Positions 15,909-27,400 of a DNA stretch of 64,000 bases are shown one piece after another. The notes under the pieces are model-generated. The model ran no database searches. It saw only the letters and a list, made by a program, of their open reading frames with translations, and was not told where the DNA came from. Origin of the DNA: Hormiphora californensis (taxonomy: Eukaryota; Animalia; Ctenophora); contig CM035350.1 in the NCBI GenBank assembly GCA_020137815.1, positions 9,362,001 to 9,426,000 on the forward strand, in the 5' to 3' direction. The number at the start of each line of letters is the position of its first letter. The first letter of the stretch is position 1. The position numbers were made by a program, and so were the translations under genes.

Positions 15909-17924
15909 GAATTGACGTCCTAAAGAGAGAGTGAATGAGTGAAGTAGAAAGAGTTTAGGGAGTTTAGACATTTTAGGGAGTTTAGAGATTTTAGAGAGTA
16001 ATAAGTAGGTGGTTGGTATACCATTGGTGATTGGACAGAAAATCTACAGTGTGGTGCAAAAAATCCCCCTTGAACGAGCACGGCTCTCGAAATCGTATGG
16101 GACAAATTAATAGGTCTACAAAAATGGATGTTTGTCTTTTAATCTCTCAAACGAATCGTTCTAGAAGTGAGCCAAATAGCTTTGGCTATCGAATTTCTTT
16201 TAAATGCGACCAATACACTATAAACCCAAAACGGAAATCCACAACAATGCACACAGTGGTCATATTTCTGACAGTGAATGAGGTCATGTGATTCGAATCG
16301 TGGATTAATCTGGATTGTTAAAATTGTGTCGGAGACGTATTGCAGCCACCAATAATGGATGAAGATGATGAGATCCAAATTATATCTTGACCAAAGTGCT
16401 CTCGAATCTCACGGCTCTTTTTCGGTACACATCCGGCCCTGATCCCTCATTAGCGACTGGTAAGCAACAATGCCACAATTGAATGACCAGTGACCACTGA
16501 CCACTGCTCATTTCTCTTTGCGTTCTAAGTGTTCTAAGTGTCGTTTGGCATGCTTTAACTTCAATCCATAAATCGTGTTGAAATCCGTTTTGGTTTTGAT
16601 TTTAGACATAAAAGTTGTTGTTCTTTAAAAAAAATTGCCTCTTTTTAATGATTTAAGCTAAAAAAGTTTATATGTATGTAGTATGTAGCATATAGTAGTG
16701 CATGGAAACACATACAGTCGTCATTTATAGACTCTAGGGGAACTGTATCAACCGTCAGATCCGACCAGCAGGGACCGGAAAAAATTCACAGCTATTTTTC
16801 GATGAAAAATTGCAGAAAATTTGAGACATAAAATATTCAAAGTTACCTAAACCCATCAAAATATGAACATATTTTAGATTTTGTAGACCCAATTCGATCT
16901 TAACAAATATATTAACATCAACTTGAATCGTGCTAAAATTTGGTCTTTTAGCTAATAAAATGTCTGAAATTGATGAAAAACGTCTGAAATTGATAAAATA
17001 CAGGGTGTTCATATAATGGGATCTTTACAAGCGTTGGGCTTCACCCAGAAAAAAAATTAACAAAATTATCTTATGAAACTTCATTCTTGGACTATTCTAT
17101 ACCCTCATTCAAGGTTCCTAGTGTTTCCGGAGCTCTACTACCCCTGGAAGTGTGTTTTTGGCATCAAAACTACCAGAAGGAATTTTTTGCTGATGCTGAG
17201 ACTTTACTAGAATGTTATTTGGGTATTTTCTATGTCAATTCCAAAGTTTCATGATGATTGGATGTGTGGTTCAGTCACCAAGTTCAAAATAAACTGGCTG
17301 GAAAGGCCCAAAAACAGCTCAAAAACGGCAAAAATTGATATTTTAGAGTCTTTCCAGGCACAAGAATAACTGCATTATGTTTCATAATGCTATGTTTCCC
17401 CGCCAACCTTTATTTTCATAACCATCTAATGTGAAGGAGGGACAGACATTTCCGATCATTTATGAATCACTCAAACCGTATAGAACAAATCTTTGTGTTT
17501 TAGTAGCACTAAATTGTGTGCCACATTGTGCGGCTCACATTTCCTGAAAACGTGCCATTGAAGTATTTGATGAAGGAGCAACACTGTTGTCCCTCGCAAC
17601 TGAGCGTGTTACGTTACAAAAAAAGCGTGACACTTAACTAGTATGTAAAATTGTCGAATTCTAAACCCCTATGCCTTTTTACAAAAGGCATCCGGGGGCT
17701 AGGGGGTGTTTTTCCCGCTGTGAGTGTGACAGTTAGGGGCATTTAGGGGCATGTTGGTAACGAAGTTACGGCCTGAGTTAGTGTGAGGTGTCTTCGATAC
17801 CAAGGGGCATGGATGTCTGATATAGTTAGGGTGACCCGCCCCCCCCCCCCCCCCCGACAGACAGACAGAAAAAACACAATAGACAAAAAGTTGTTGGTAA
17901 CATGTCAATCATATAAAAACCCTT

Positions 17925-19217
17925 CTATAAAACACTTGTTTCAAAGATTGATCTTGCACACTCTGGTATGATATTGTTTTCCCCATCGTGAGTCCTCATG
18001 TGCTTACTAAGTTGACCAGATTGAGTAAATGCTTTTCCACATTGCCCACATTGATACGGTCGTTCTCTCGTGAACTCTCTGTCGTGAACTCTCTTATGAA
18101 CAGAAAGTTTATTAGATGAACTAAACGCTTTTCCACATTCCTTACATTTGAAAGGCCGTTCTCCGGTATGGATCCTCCGATGAACCGTAAGGTTGCCAGA
18201 TGAGCTAAACGCTTTTCCACAATCCTCACATTTGAAAGGCTTTTCTCCAGAATGAATTCTCTGATGAACTTTAAGGTGACCAGCTCCAGTAAATGATTTT
18301 TCACACTGCTTACATTGATACGGTCGTTCACCTGTATGTGTTCTCTGATGTAATTTTAGGTTGTAAGCCTCTGAAAACCGTTTACCACAATCCTTACATT
18401 CGTGAGGTCGTTCTCTCGTATGTGTTCTCATGTGAGTACAATAATTAGTAGAGCTATAAAATCTTTTTCCACACTGTTCACATTCGTATGGTCGTTCTCC
18501 CGTATGTGTTCTCTGGTGTGTTTTTAGATTACAAGACTCAGCAAACCTTTTACCACAATCCTTACATTCATGAGGCCGATCTCCCGTATGTATCTTAGAG
18601 TGGCGCCTGAGACTTCCAGGTGTTGATAACTTTTTACCACATTCCTCACATTCGAAAGTACCTTCTCCTGAGTTTCCAATTGTAGATTTCCTCTTTTCTG
18701 AAACGTGTTCATTTCGTAGTGCAGTTAATCCGTTTTGGGATGCATTGGATGTATCAAAAGGGTTGTTTTCCGGGGTGTGCAGATTCGTTAACAACCCAGC
18801 TGAAATGATAAAGGTTACAATTTGAAGAAATTATCAAAACAATACGAGACCAGACAAAACAATGTTCCTGAATAACTCACCCTCTTGTGGAATTGTAGAC
18901 AAGGGTGGAGGTGATGTATTGGAATTATCGGATACCGGAGAAACTGGTTCCATCTTAACTAGACCAGACTCTTTTTTACAATCTACCTCTCCTTCTTCCT
19001 GTTTGATGCATCCTGGATCAGTACCAACTTTTGGGAACACTTTACAATCTTCTGGTTCAGTTTTTATCTGGGGAGGATCAACCATAATTTGCTCTGTTTT
19101 CAGGAACGGTCGTGGAGTAAACGATCCCACTTCCTGATAGTCACACAGTACCGGCTCCTGGACTTCACCAACCATCCTGGTTTTAGATTTTCTGTCCGGC
19201 TGCTTTCTTAGTTCCAT
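17925..19217 (-). CDS. C2H2 zinc-finger protein ZNF-4 (8 fingers)
   Basis: Exons 18881-19217 and 17925-18799. The N-terminal exon is nearly identical to those of ZNF-2 and ZNF-3. Confidence 0.92.
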
Positions 19218-19594
19218 TCTGCTAAATAGGGAGATGGAGTTGTTAAGACACAGACAGACAAACAGATGAGTAAGTAAAGAGACTGTGATTTTTGACTTGT
19301 GAGAGATAAAGGGAGAGGTAGGGAGAGAAAAGGAAAGTCAGGAAGCAGGTGGGGTAGGGTAACTCTAATCAGAGGGGAATGGGATTGGACAGGTAAAATA
19401 AAACTTAAAACAGGTTTTCCAGAGAGGTGGCAAGGTGACCAATTTAAATTGACAAATGCATTTTCTATTCCGCCCAATAACATTGTTTACTTGCTACCAA
19501 TAATCAATTTGCTAGTTCAAGTTGGTTGCGGGTTGAAAAATATCATCTTAGGAACCTGGTTTCGAAATATCAATCGACAATCCTCGCAGTGATA

Positions 19595-20573
19595 CTACTG
19601 ATGTAACTCAAGGTGTATTTCGAGGTGATCGGAATGAGAGAACATTTTTCCACACTCCTTACATTCGAATGGGCGTTCTTCGTGTTGCAGTTTGTGTACC
19701 TTGAGGCTACTAGACCCAGTAAAACTTCTTCCGCACTCCTCGCATTGGTGAGGCCGCTCCCCTTTATCATTATTATGTGTCCTACGATGAGCACTAAGAG
19801 CATGAGAAATGATAAATGAGTCCCCACATATTTCACATGCGTATGGACGTTCTCCGGTATGTATCCTCATATGACATGTAAGATGATTAGATTTGATAAA
19901 TGATTTCCCACATACCTTACATGGGTAAGGACGTTCGCCCGTATGGCTCCTCCTGTGTACTTTACGATCACTTGATGAACAAAATGTCTTTCCACATTCC
20001 TTACATTTGTAAGGTCGTTCTCCGGTATGGATCCTCCGATGGATATTAAAGTGACCAGCATGCATAAAAATTTTACCACAATCCTCACATTTATGTTGAC
20101 GCTTTTTAGAGTTCCCTATAGTAGATTTCCTCTTTCCTGAAACTTGCTCATGTGGCAACACAGTCGGTCTGTTTTGAGATTCATCTGATGTATCACAAGG
20201 ATTGTTTTCCGGGGTGTGCAGATTCGTTAACATCCCAGCTGAAATGATAAGGGTTAAATTTTGAAGCAAATATCAAAATAATAAGAGACCATAAAAACAT
20301 GTTCCTGGGCGTGAATAACTCACCCTCTTGTGGAATTGTAGACAAGGTTGGAATTTGGATATCGGAATTATCGGATACCGGAGAAACTGGTTCCATCTTA
20401 ACTAGACCAGGCTCTTTTTTACAATCTACCTCTCCTTCTTCCTGTTTGATGCATCCTGGATCGGTACCAACTTCTGGGAACACTTTACAATCTTCTGGTT
20501 CAGTTTTTATCTGGGGAGGATCAACCGTAATTTGCTCTGTTTTCAGGAACGGTCGTGGAGTAAACGATCCCAT
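19595..20573 (-). CDS. C2H2 zinc-finger protein ZNF-5 (6 fingers; 5'-truncated N-terminal exon)
   Basis: Exons 20324-20573 and 19595-20238. Similarity to the paralogs ends near 20582. Confidence 0.8.
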
Positions 20574-20746
20574 TTCCTGATACTATAAAGTATAAAGTTG
20601 AATTTTTATTTACTAGAGTACCCGTTTGCTGGGAACCCGTGACCTGGTAAATGGTAATTTATCCTCATATAACCGGTGACATTTGTGTTTGATTTTTAAA
20701 AGATAATTTGTTTGTTCCTTAGAGCAATGAGTCTCATAGTATAGTA

Positions 20747-20967
20747 GGAGCGGTTAGATCAGCACGTGCAGAAAGTCGCGCGCCAACCTAATCTCAGGTT
20801 ACTCTCACGGCTTCATTTCGCATCCAATCCAAAAGTGACCTTCCCAAGGAGAAGCGAAAACTTGAGGGACATTTCTTGATTGGATGCCCGATGCGACCTC
20901 GAGGAGCTATGACAATGCGCAAAACGGGCGGCACGCGACTTTAACCACGTGGTGATCTAACCGCTCC
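20747..20967. mobile_element. MITE with ~38 bp imperfect TIRs
   Basis: ggagcggttagatcagcacgtgcagaaagtcgcg ... cgcgactttaaccacgtggtgatctaaccgctcc. Confidence 0.8.
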
Positions 20968-22492
20968 AAACATCATACACATTGGGTTTTTGAAAAAACG
21001 GCCATTACAATTTTGGCGAGGCGGGTAAATCATTTACTGTAACGCGCGAATTTTCCCAAAAAAGTGCTGCTTTTTTACGCCGCGCGCGGAACCTAAAATT
21101 ACGCGCGTAGTGTAAAATTTTAAAATTCATTGAAAATTTCCTCGCGTTTTATGTCGCCAAAAAAAGTCGACGAAAAATTCCAAATTCGTGAATTATAAGA
21201 ACTCCGGTCAGTTCTCAATTCTCATCTTGCCAATCCGTTTTCCGGGAACCCCTGGCCAAAGGACATTAAAGTTCACATAACGACCAAGTTTCATATCGAT
21301 TGGATAAGATTTTGGGTGGCTACGGTGAAAAATATCGTATTTTTGGCATTTTTAACTTTCCCGACGCGATTTACGACCCTTAAACATTGAGTTACGGGAA
21401 ATCGCTATCATGTAAAATGAAGTTCAAACGATTCTCTTTCCCCACTATTGCGTTAGTTTTTTGATTTAGAGCCGTTTTCAGGGTCTTAGAAGCGTTTGAA
21501 AAATGTAAGTCTTTTTGTCGCAATGACGTCACCCCGTGACGTCACTGCTGTAAAGATCGGATCAAAAATCTGAGCCCGTACTTACATCCGCCTTGGTCCA
21601 AGGTACCAGTGTACAAATTTTCAGGGGTCTAGCTCAAAAACTGTAGGAGGAGTAGGGAGAAAACAATTATCGGACTAACATTTTGGAAATTATTATATGG
21701 ACGGGACAGGGGGTCTTTTCGACCTTATTTGAAGCGTGCCTTGGTCTGGTTCCAGATGAGATCAAAACTTCTTCTGGGAATAAGTCTCAATCTTATCAAG
21801 AACACGAGATATATGCGTTTCAAATAAGGTCAAAAAAGACACGTAAATAAATAGTTTGACTTTTAAGAAGAGGACTTTAAAAAAACGAGCTGCTTAAAAT
21901 AAATAAAATTGTTCAGTTCCAGTTTCGCCTCGCGCGCGGTCTGTTTATAAAGAACCGCGCGGCGGCTATTTGCAGCGCTAAAATGTAAAACAGGCAGATG
22001 TCGCCGTTTTCAGTTTTGATAGTGCTACGATCCGGATTGGGTCAGTGCCGGGAGACAATTAAATAGTTGTATTTACACAAATACAATGTTGTTACGTGTA
22101 AAAGTGAAAGTTTCAACACAACAATATAAATTTAATTATAATAAACCCTCCTAAAAATTCAAGAAGCGACTTTATATCATCGTATTATTTATTTAGGACA
22201 GTGTTCCAACTTCCAGTTCGACTAACTCCAGAATTCAGGCTGTCTCTCAAAACATGAAACAACAGTTTGGACAACGGACAGTATTATAGTACATACAACG
22301 CCGCGCTGATCAGTCAGATGCCTCAGCCAGGGTTCAAATTCACTAAATAATAATTAGTGAATAGCCGTCTGAGGCATGGTACAATAGTAATACTGTCCCT
22401 TGCGGCAGCCCCCCCCCCCTCGTGTTCAGGAAAGTCTCTAGAAGTAGAAGTAGAGTCAGTTTCCCAGTCTAGCTTGGCAAGCTTGTGCTACA

Positions 22493-22995
22493 TCAAGTTA
22501 ACTTCCTGGCGGTAATTGCATAGTTGACTGAGAGATCGGACGTTTTGCTCCACTGTCGCGTTAGGGGGTTGTATCGCATGCCAACAGTTTTCTCGACCTC
22601 AAAACCACCTGTGGAGAGTATAGAAGATTAAAGGAGGTTTCTGTTGCCAGGGCAACTTGGTAATGAAATTACCCCTCCGCAAAATAATAACAGGGGTGAC
22701 TTCGTAACCAACTGGTCCACTGTCTGGTCGTTTAGAGATCAGCAAGATATCGGTGAAGGGTCGCGGTAACAACTTAGTAAACTTGTTCACCCTCCCTCAT
22801 CTATCTTAAAGAATGGTATATATATCTACTCACAATCTCTTATTGCACCGGAGAGCTGCTGCGGAGGTACCAGTTTATGATACTCATGGGTACCGGGGGG
22901 CACAAACCCGACTATATTCTCCGCTGCAACGATAGCCAGCGCCCACGAGGCCATGGTTCGGTTGATTGTCGTGAACATGAGTCCACCGCCCGGCT

Positions 22996-23050
<55 letters not shown>

Positions 23051-24115
23051 AGAGAGAGATAGAGGATAGAGAGAGAGAGAGAGCAGAGAGAGAGAGAGAG
23101 AGAGAGGAGAGAGAAGAGAGAAGAGAGAGACGAGAGGAGATAGAAAGAGAGAGAGAAGAGAGGGGGGTTGTTGCGGGGGAGTGAGGACGATAGCTACCAA
23201 ATCTGTCAGGCCAATGCTCTGACCACGGTTCTCGTGTGCGTTTGAAATAAATGAGAATAGGGTCAGGCCAATGCTCTGACAGTTGTCAAAGAAGGAAATG
23301 TGTAATACCTTTACTCTTCTAGCACACTGTTCCACGAAAGAGGATACACATGGTACGTGTTCCTACGACCTCAGAACTAACTACAACGTCCCATTCCCCC
23401 TCCACGTCTTCAACCATGCCACATCTGTACTCCAAATCCAAGACTGGAGAAGGTAGAGTGTGTGGTAACATAGAGATGGGAAATAATGCATTATTACCCC
23501 ATTATAATGGTCTAAAAAAGTTCAAAATTGATAGAAATCACTAATCAGAAACCCAAAACATGGGCACATTTACCTGTCGGTGACAGTGCGGCATGTGCCC
23601 GTGCAATCCTTATCATCTCCTTGCTAGGATCCACCCCGGTTACACTCAGATCACCCTCTCGTGCGAGGAACTCTGCCAGATACCCTCCTCCACACCCAAC
23701 ATCCAGGACAGTACCTCCCCCTCCACCTCCAACCAGGGACCTCACTAAAGGAACACGGAGTTGGTTCATGAGCAGCAAGGGGTCCTTGTCATCTCTCCAC
23801 CACTCGGACGAGAGTTCCTCGAATTTTTCAACTTCTAGCTCATCCCTCCTGTTGGGGAGATGTTATTAATTGGGGCGGGGAGGTTAGCCAGAGTTGTTTT
23901 GATATTCAAAAACATTGGACCTTCCACTAGCTGGATACAGCTGGATATACTACCAGGAAGCTTCCAGAAGGATCACTGGTCGCACTGGAGTTTAATTCAC
24001 GTGCGAGGGTTCTTTCTAGTAGGGTTCTGTATTTAAAGATCTATACTCACATGGGAGAGGAAGAGAGGAGGCGGGAGCAGGCCTTCAATCTTGGGATCCG
24101 TCTCAAACATAACAT
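22493..24115 (-). CDS. COQ3: Ubiquinone biosynthesis O-methyltransferase COQ3 (UbiG family), mitochondrial; 5 exons
   Basis: Arg-rich presequence (24051-24115), then EVEKFEELSSEWW...LMNQLRVP, the SAM motif VLDVGCGGG, SEVVEHV (1-nt frameshift near 23363), PGGGLMFTTINRT...PGTHEYHK and GMRYNPLT...VNYA. Confidence 0.92.
23203..23282. mobile_element. Micro-element made of two direct copies of GTCAGGCCAATGCTCTGAC (copy 1, COQ3 intron)
   Basis: ctgtcag...ctgacag termini. A second copy lies at 35849-35917. Confidence 0.7.
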
Positions 24116-24442
24116 TTTCTAGAATGATCTAGGAGGAGTATCAGTTCAGAATATCTCACACAGACTCTGTCTGAACCTCTCTCAATCCCTCTCTTTCTGT
24201 CTATTGTGAACTTTAGTTCAATAGGTAGGGATGGAGAGGCAGGATTTAGGGAAAGGAGGTATCAGGAAGATCAAGGGGGGGTATGACACATTTATAAAAC
24301 ACGTTCTAGCAAAACTATACAAACCAATAAAATGTACGTATAAATTATTACGAGTCAAATAGTATTCTCTAAAATGATATATATGAAAAAAGAACCGTCA
24401 TAGTAAAACTTGTGTATATAATAATAGAGTTTGTTAGATGTT

Positions 24443-27400
24443 TCAAACTTGAGTAGAGGACCCAGACTTGGCTGGTTTCAGACCAGGTTTAGCTCCCCTG
24501 GATGCTGGACCACTGAGTCTTGGTGCAGCGGCTGCCTTGTTACTCAACCTTCCAGAGCTACCACTGCTTGCTGTACTGATAATACTGGGAGGTAATGTTA
24601 CCATGGTTACATAGTTGGGAGCAAGAAGTGACCCAATTTAGATCAAGTGAAATGGGATTGCAATGCTAATTGCTAGTGAGATATTCAAATCAAGTCTAAC
24701 TAAGTGGGAAGGGTCCATAAAATATGTCCAGGGGAGGTTCTCACCTTGAGGAGGCGAGGGGTTTCCGGGATATCTCTTTAGGTTTCACTGCAGCTGGTTT
24801 ACTAACAGGTTTACTAACAGGTGCGGTGATTGCCCCAGCACCAGGTGGTCTTCCCTCGTGTGGCGGGGGTGGGGGATGCTGCTCCCCCTCTGCACCCTCT
24901 CTCCCCTCCTCCATCATGAGGGTAGCCCGCTCCACGATATCAGGGTTCTGCTCCATCAGTTTAGCGTAGAACTCGTTGGGATCGAGACGGTTCAGTAGGT
25001 AGGAGAGGTGGTGTTCTGAGGCTGCACGGGATATCGTCTGGATCTGGGGGAGAGGGAGGTGTTAGTGAGTTACCTGAACTAACCAAACAGTAATAATAAT
25101 TTTCAGATGCCATGGTAACCATGGTAATCACTAATCATGGTAACCATGGTAACAACTCACGTTGATCAGTAGCTGGACAGTTAGAAGGGTAAAGTTGCTA
25201 TCAAAGGTCTTGATCATCTCCTCGAACCCGACCTCTTGGTGCATCCTCATGTTCTCCTCCGCTTGACTGGGTATAGAGACGGTAGCAGAGGGAATTAGCC
25301 TCATCATCGCATTACTAAAGGTAACACAGATAGCCTGGAGTTTAGCAAGGCACCTCAACAGTTCAGGGGTGGTCAGGAGGCAGTCCTTGAGACATGTTTC
25401 CAGGAAATCGTTGTGGATTTGGAGGACGTTATCAATCGTCTGGACACTTTTCATGCCCTCCAGGAAGAGGTGCCACTGCCGCTCAATAACCTCGAACATG
25501 GCATAGTAACTGTAGTTACTAATGAAACTTAGCATCCTCTGTCGGAGACAAAAAGCCGCCGCGTGCCACTTGGTGGTGTAGATGGGCTGCCATTTGGCTT
25601 GTTTGTGGGCTTGCCACACAGCACACAGCTGTCTCTCAACGTGCTTACAGTGGAACAAGTGCCGGAACAGGAGCTGGTATTTTGTAATGGCCTTCCGGGA
25701 TACTACTAGCGATACCGGCCACTCCACCTGGAAGAATGGTGGTTGTGTGTGGGTAGAGGTGATGAGATCTAGGGGTATATAATAGGAATTAGGGGCTGAG
25801 GATGCAAAGTATGCATGTTACTGCAGCATACTGAGTATCTAAAAGCTCTGTTAATCTTACCCTGTAATCCAGTGTGAAGGCTTCAACCCCAGTGAGACCT
25901 GAGGCATGAGGCTCAAATGCAGGGTAAACCTGCTCGCTAGGACCCAGAAGATGTCCTCGCACGTTGATGATCCTAAACAACTGGGTAATCAGATCATACG
26001 GGACAATATCTACTTTCAGGTCCTCTTTAAAGGGGTCAGATGCAGCGACACTGGTCCTAACCGCCAGGTCCAGGAGAGATTCAATACGAGATAGGACAAT
26101 GTCATCGTGTTTCTTTCGGAGTTCCTGGTCTGCCATATCCATAAAGTGGACAAACACGTCACCCTGTGGTGAAATGGGAGAGGGATTAGAAGGATATATC
26201 ACCCTGGAGAGGAATGGGAGAGGGTTTAGAAGGATATATCACCCTGGAGAGGAATGGGAGGAGGTTTAGAAGGATTTATAAAGCCCCGTGAAAGCACATT
26301 TTGCCATGAAGTCGGTTGACAATAGTAGACAATATTATAATTATTGCTAGTGCATTAATTTACCTGTCCCATGAGGAAGAAGCTCTTGATGCTCGATAAC
26401 CGGTCCATCAACCTGTGTTCCTCTAACAGCAAATCGAGCAACCTCCGAGCGGCAAAGGAGTATGCAGTCTCTATGCACTCTGTATACTTCCTTTCCACCA
26501 GTGTATACCTTATCTCGGTACTAGTCAGGACATTGGACGTTGTAGCCACACTGCCTGATTACGTTTAGGTACTTTCCCGTGTGGAGGACCTTGTCAGGAA
26601 AACTTCTTGAGGAACACCGGTACCTTTAGGAAGGGGAAAGTAATTAGTAACTATGTAGTTAGAAACTAATTGGTAGAAACTAATTCACGAGATGGCTGCA
26701 AAAAGAAGAAAAAAGGGCCAGAAGAATAATACCTGGTAATTGTTTAGACTGTATCTAAGGTACCTGGTGAATTGTTTAGACTGTATCTAAGGTACCTGGT
26801 GATTGTTTAGACTGTATCTAAGGTACCTGGTGATTGTTTAGACTGTATCTAAGGTACCTGGTGATTGTTTAGACTGTATCTAAGGTACCTGGTGATTGTT
26901 TAGACTGTATCTAAGGTACCTGGTGATTGTTTAGACTGTATCTAAGGTACCTGGTGATTGTTTAGACTGTATCTAAGGTACCTGGTGATTGTTTAGACTG
27001 TATCTAAGGTACCTGGTGATTGTTTAGACTGTATCTAAGGTACCTGGTGATTGTTTAGACTGTATCTAAGGTACCTGGTGATTGTTTAGACTGTATCTAA
27101 GGTACCTGGTGATTGTTTAGACTGTATCTAAGGTACCTGGTGATTGTTTAGACTGTATCTAAGGTACCTGGTGATTGTTTAGACTGTATCTAAGGTACCT
27201 GGTGATTGTTTAGACTGTATCTAAGGTACCTGGTGATTGTTTAGACTGTATCTAAGGTACCTGGTGATTGTTTAGACTGTATCTAAGGTACCTGGTGATT
27301 GTTTAGACTGTATCTAAGGTACCTGGTGATTGTTTAGACTGTATCTAAGGTACCTGGTGATTGTTTAGACTGTATCTAAGGTACCTGGTGATTGTTTAGA

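Noticed and set aside
26515-26600. Programmed +1 frameshifting in TUBGCP2 (TCC-TGA as in antizyme; GAC-TAG), extended to frameshifts in SDE2, ZNF-1, COQ3, Ras-like and TGN38-like genes
   Set aside because: In COQ3, Ras and TGN38-like, homology places the indel well before any stop, and most are duplications of an adjacent base, typical of long-read consensus error. Short-read polishing or cDNA would settle it.
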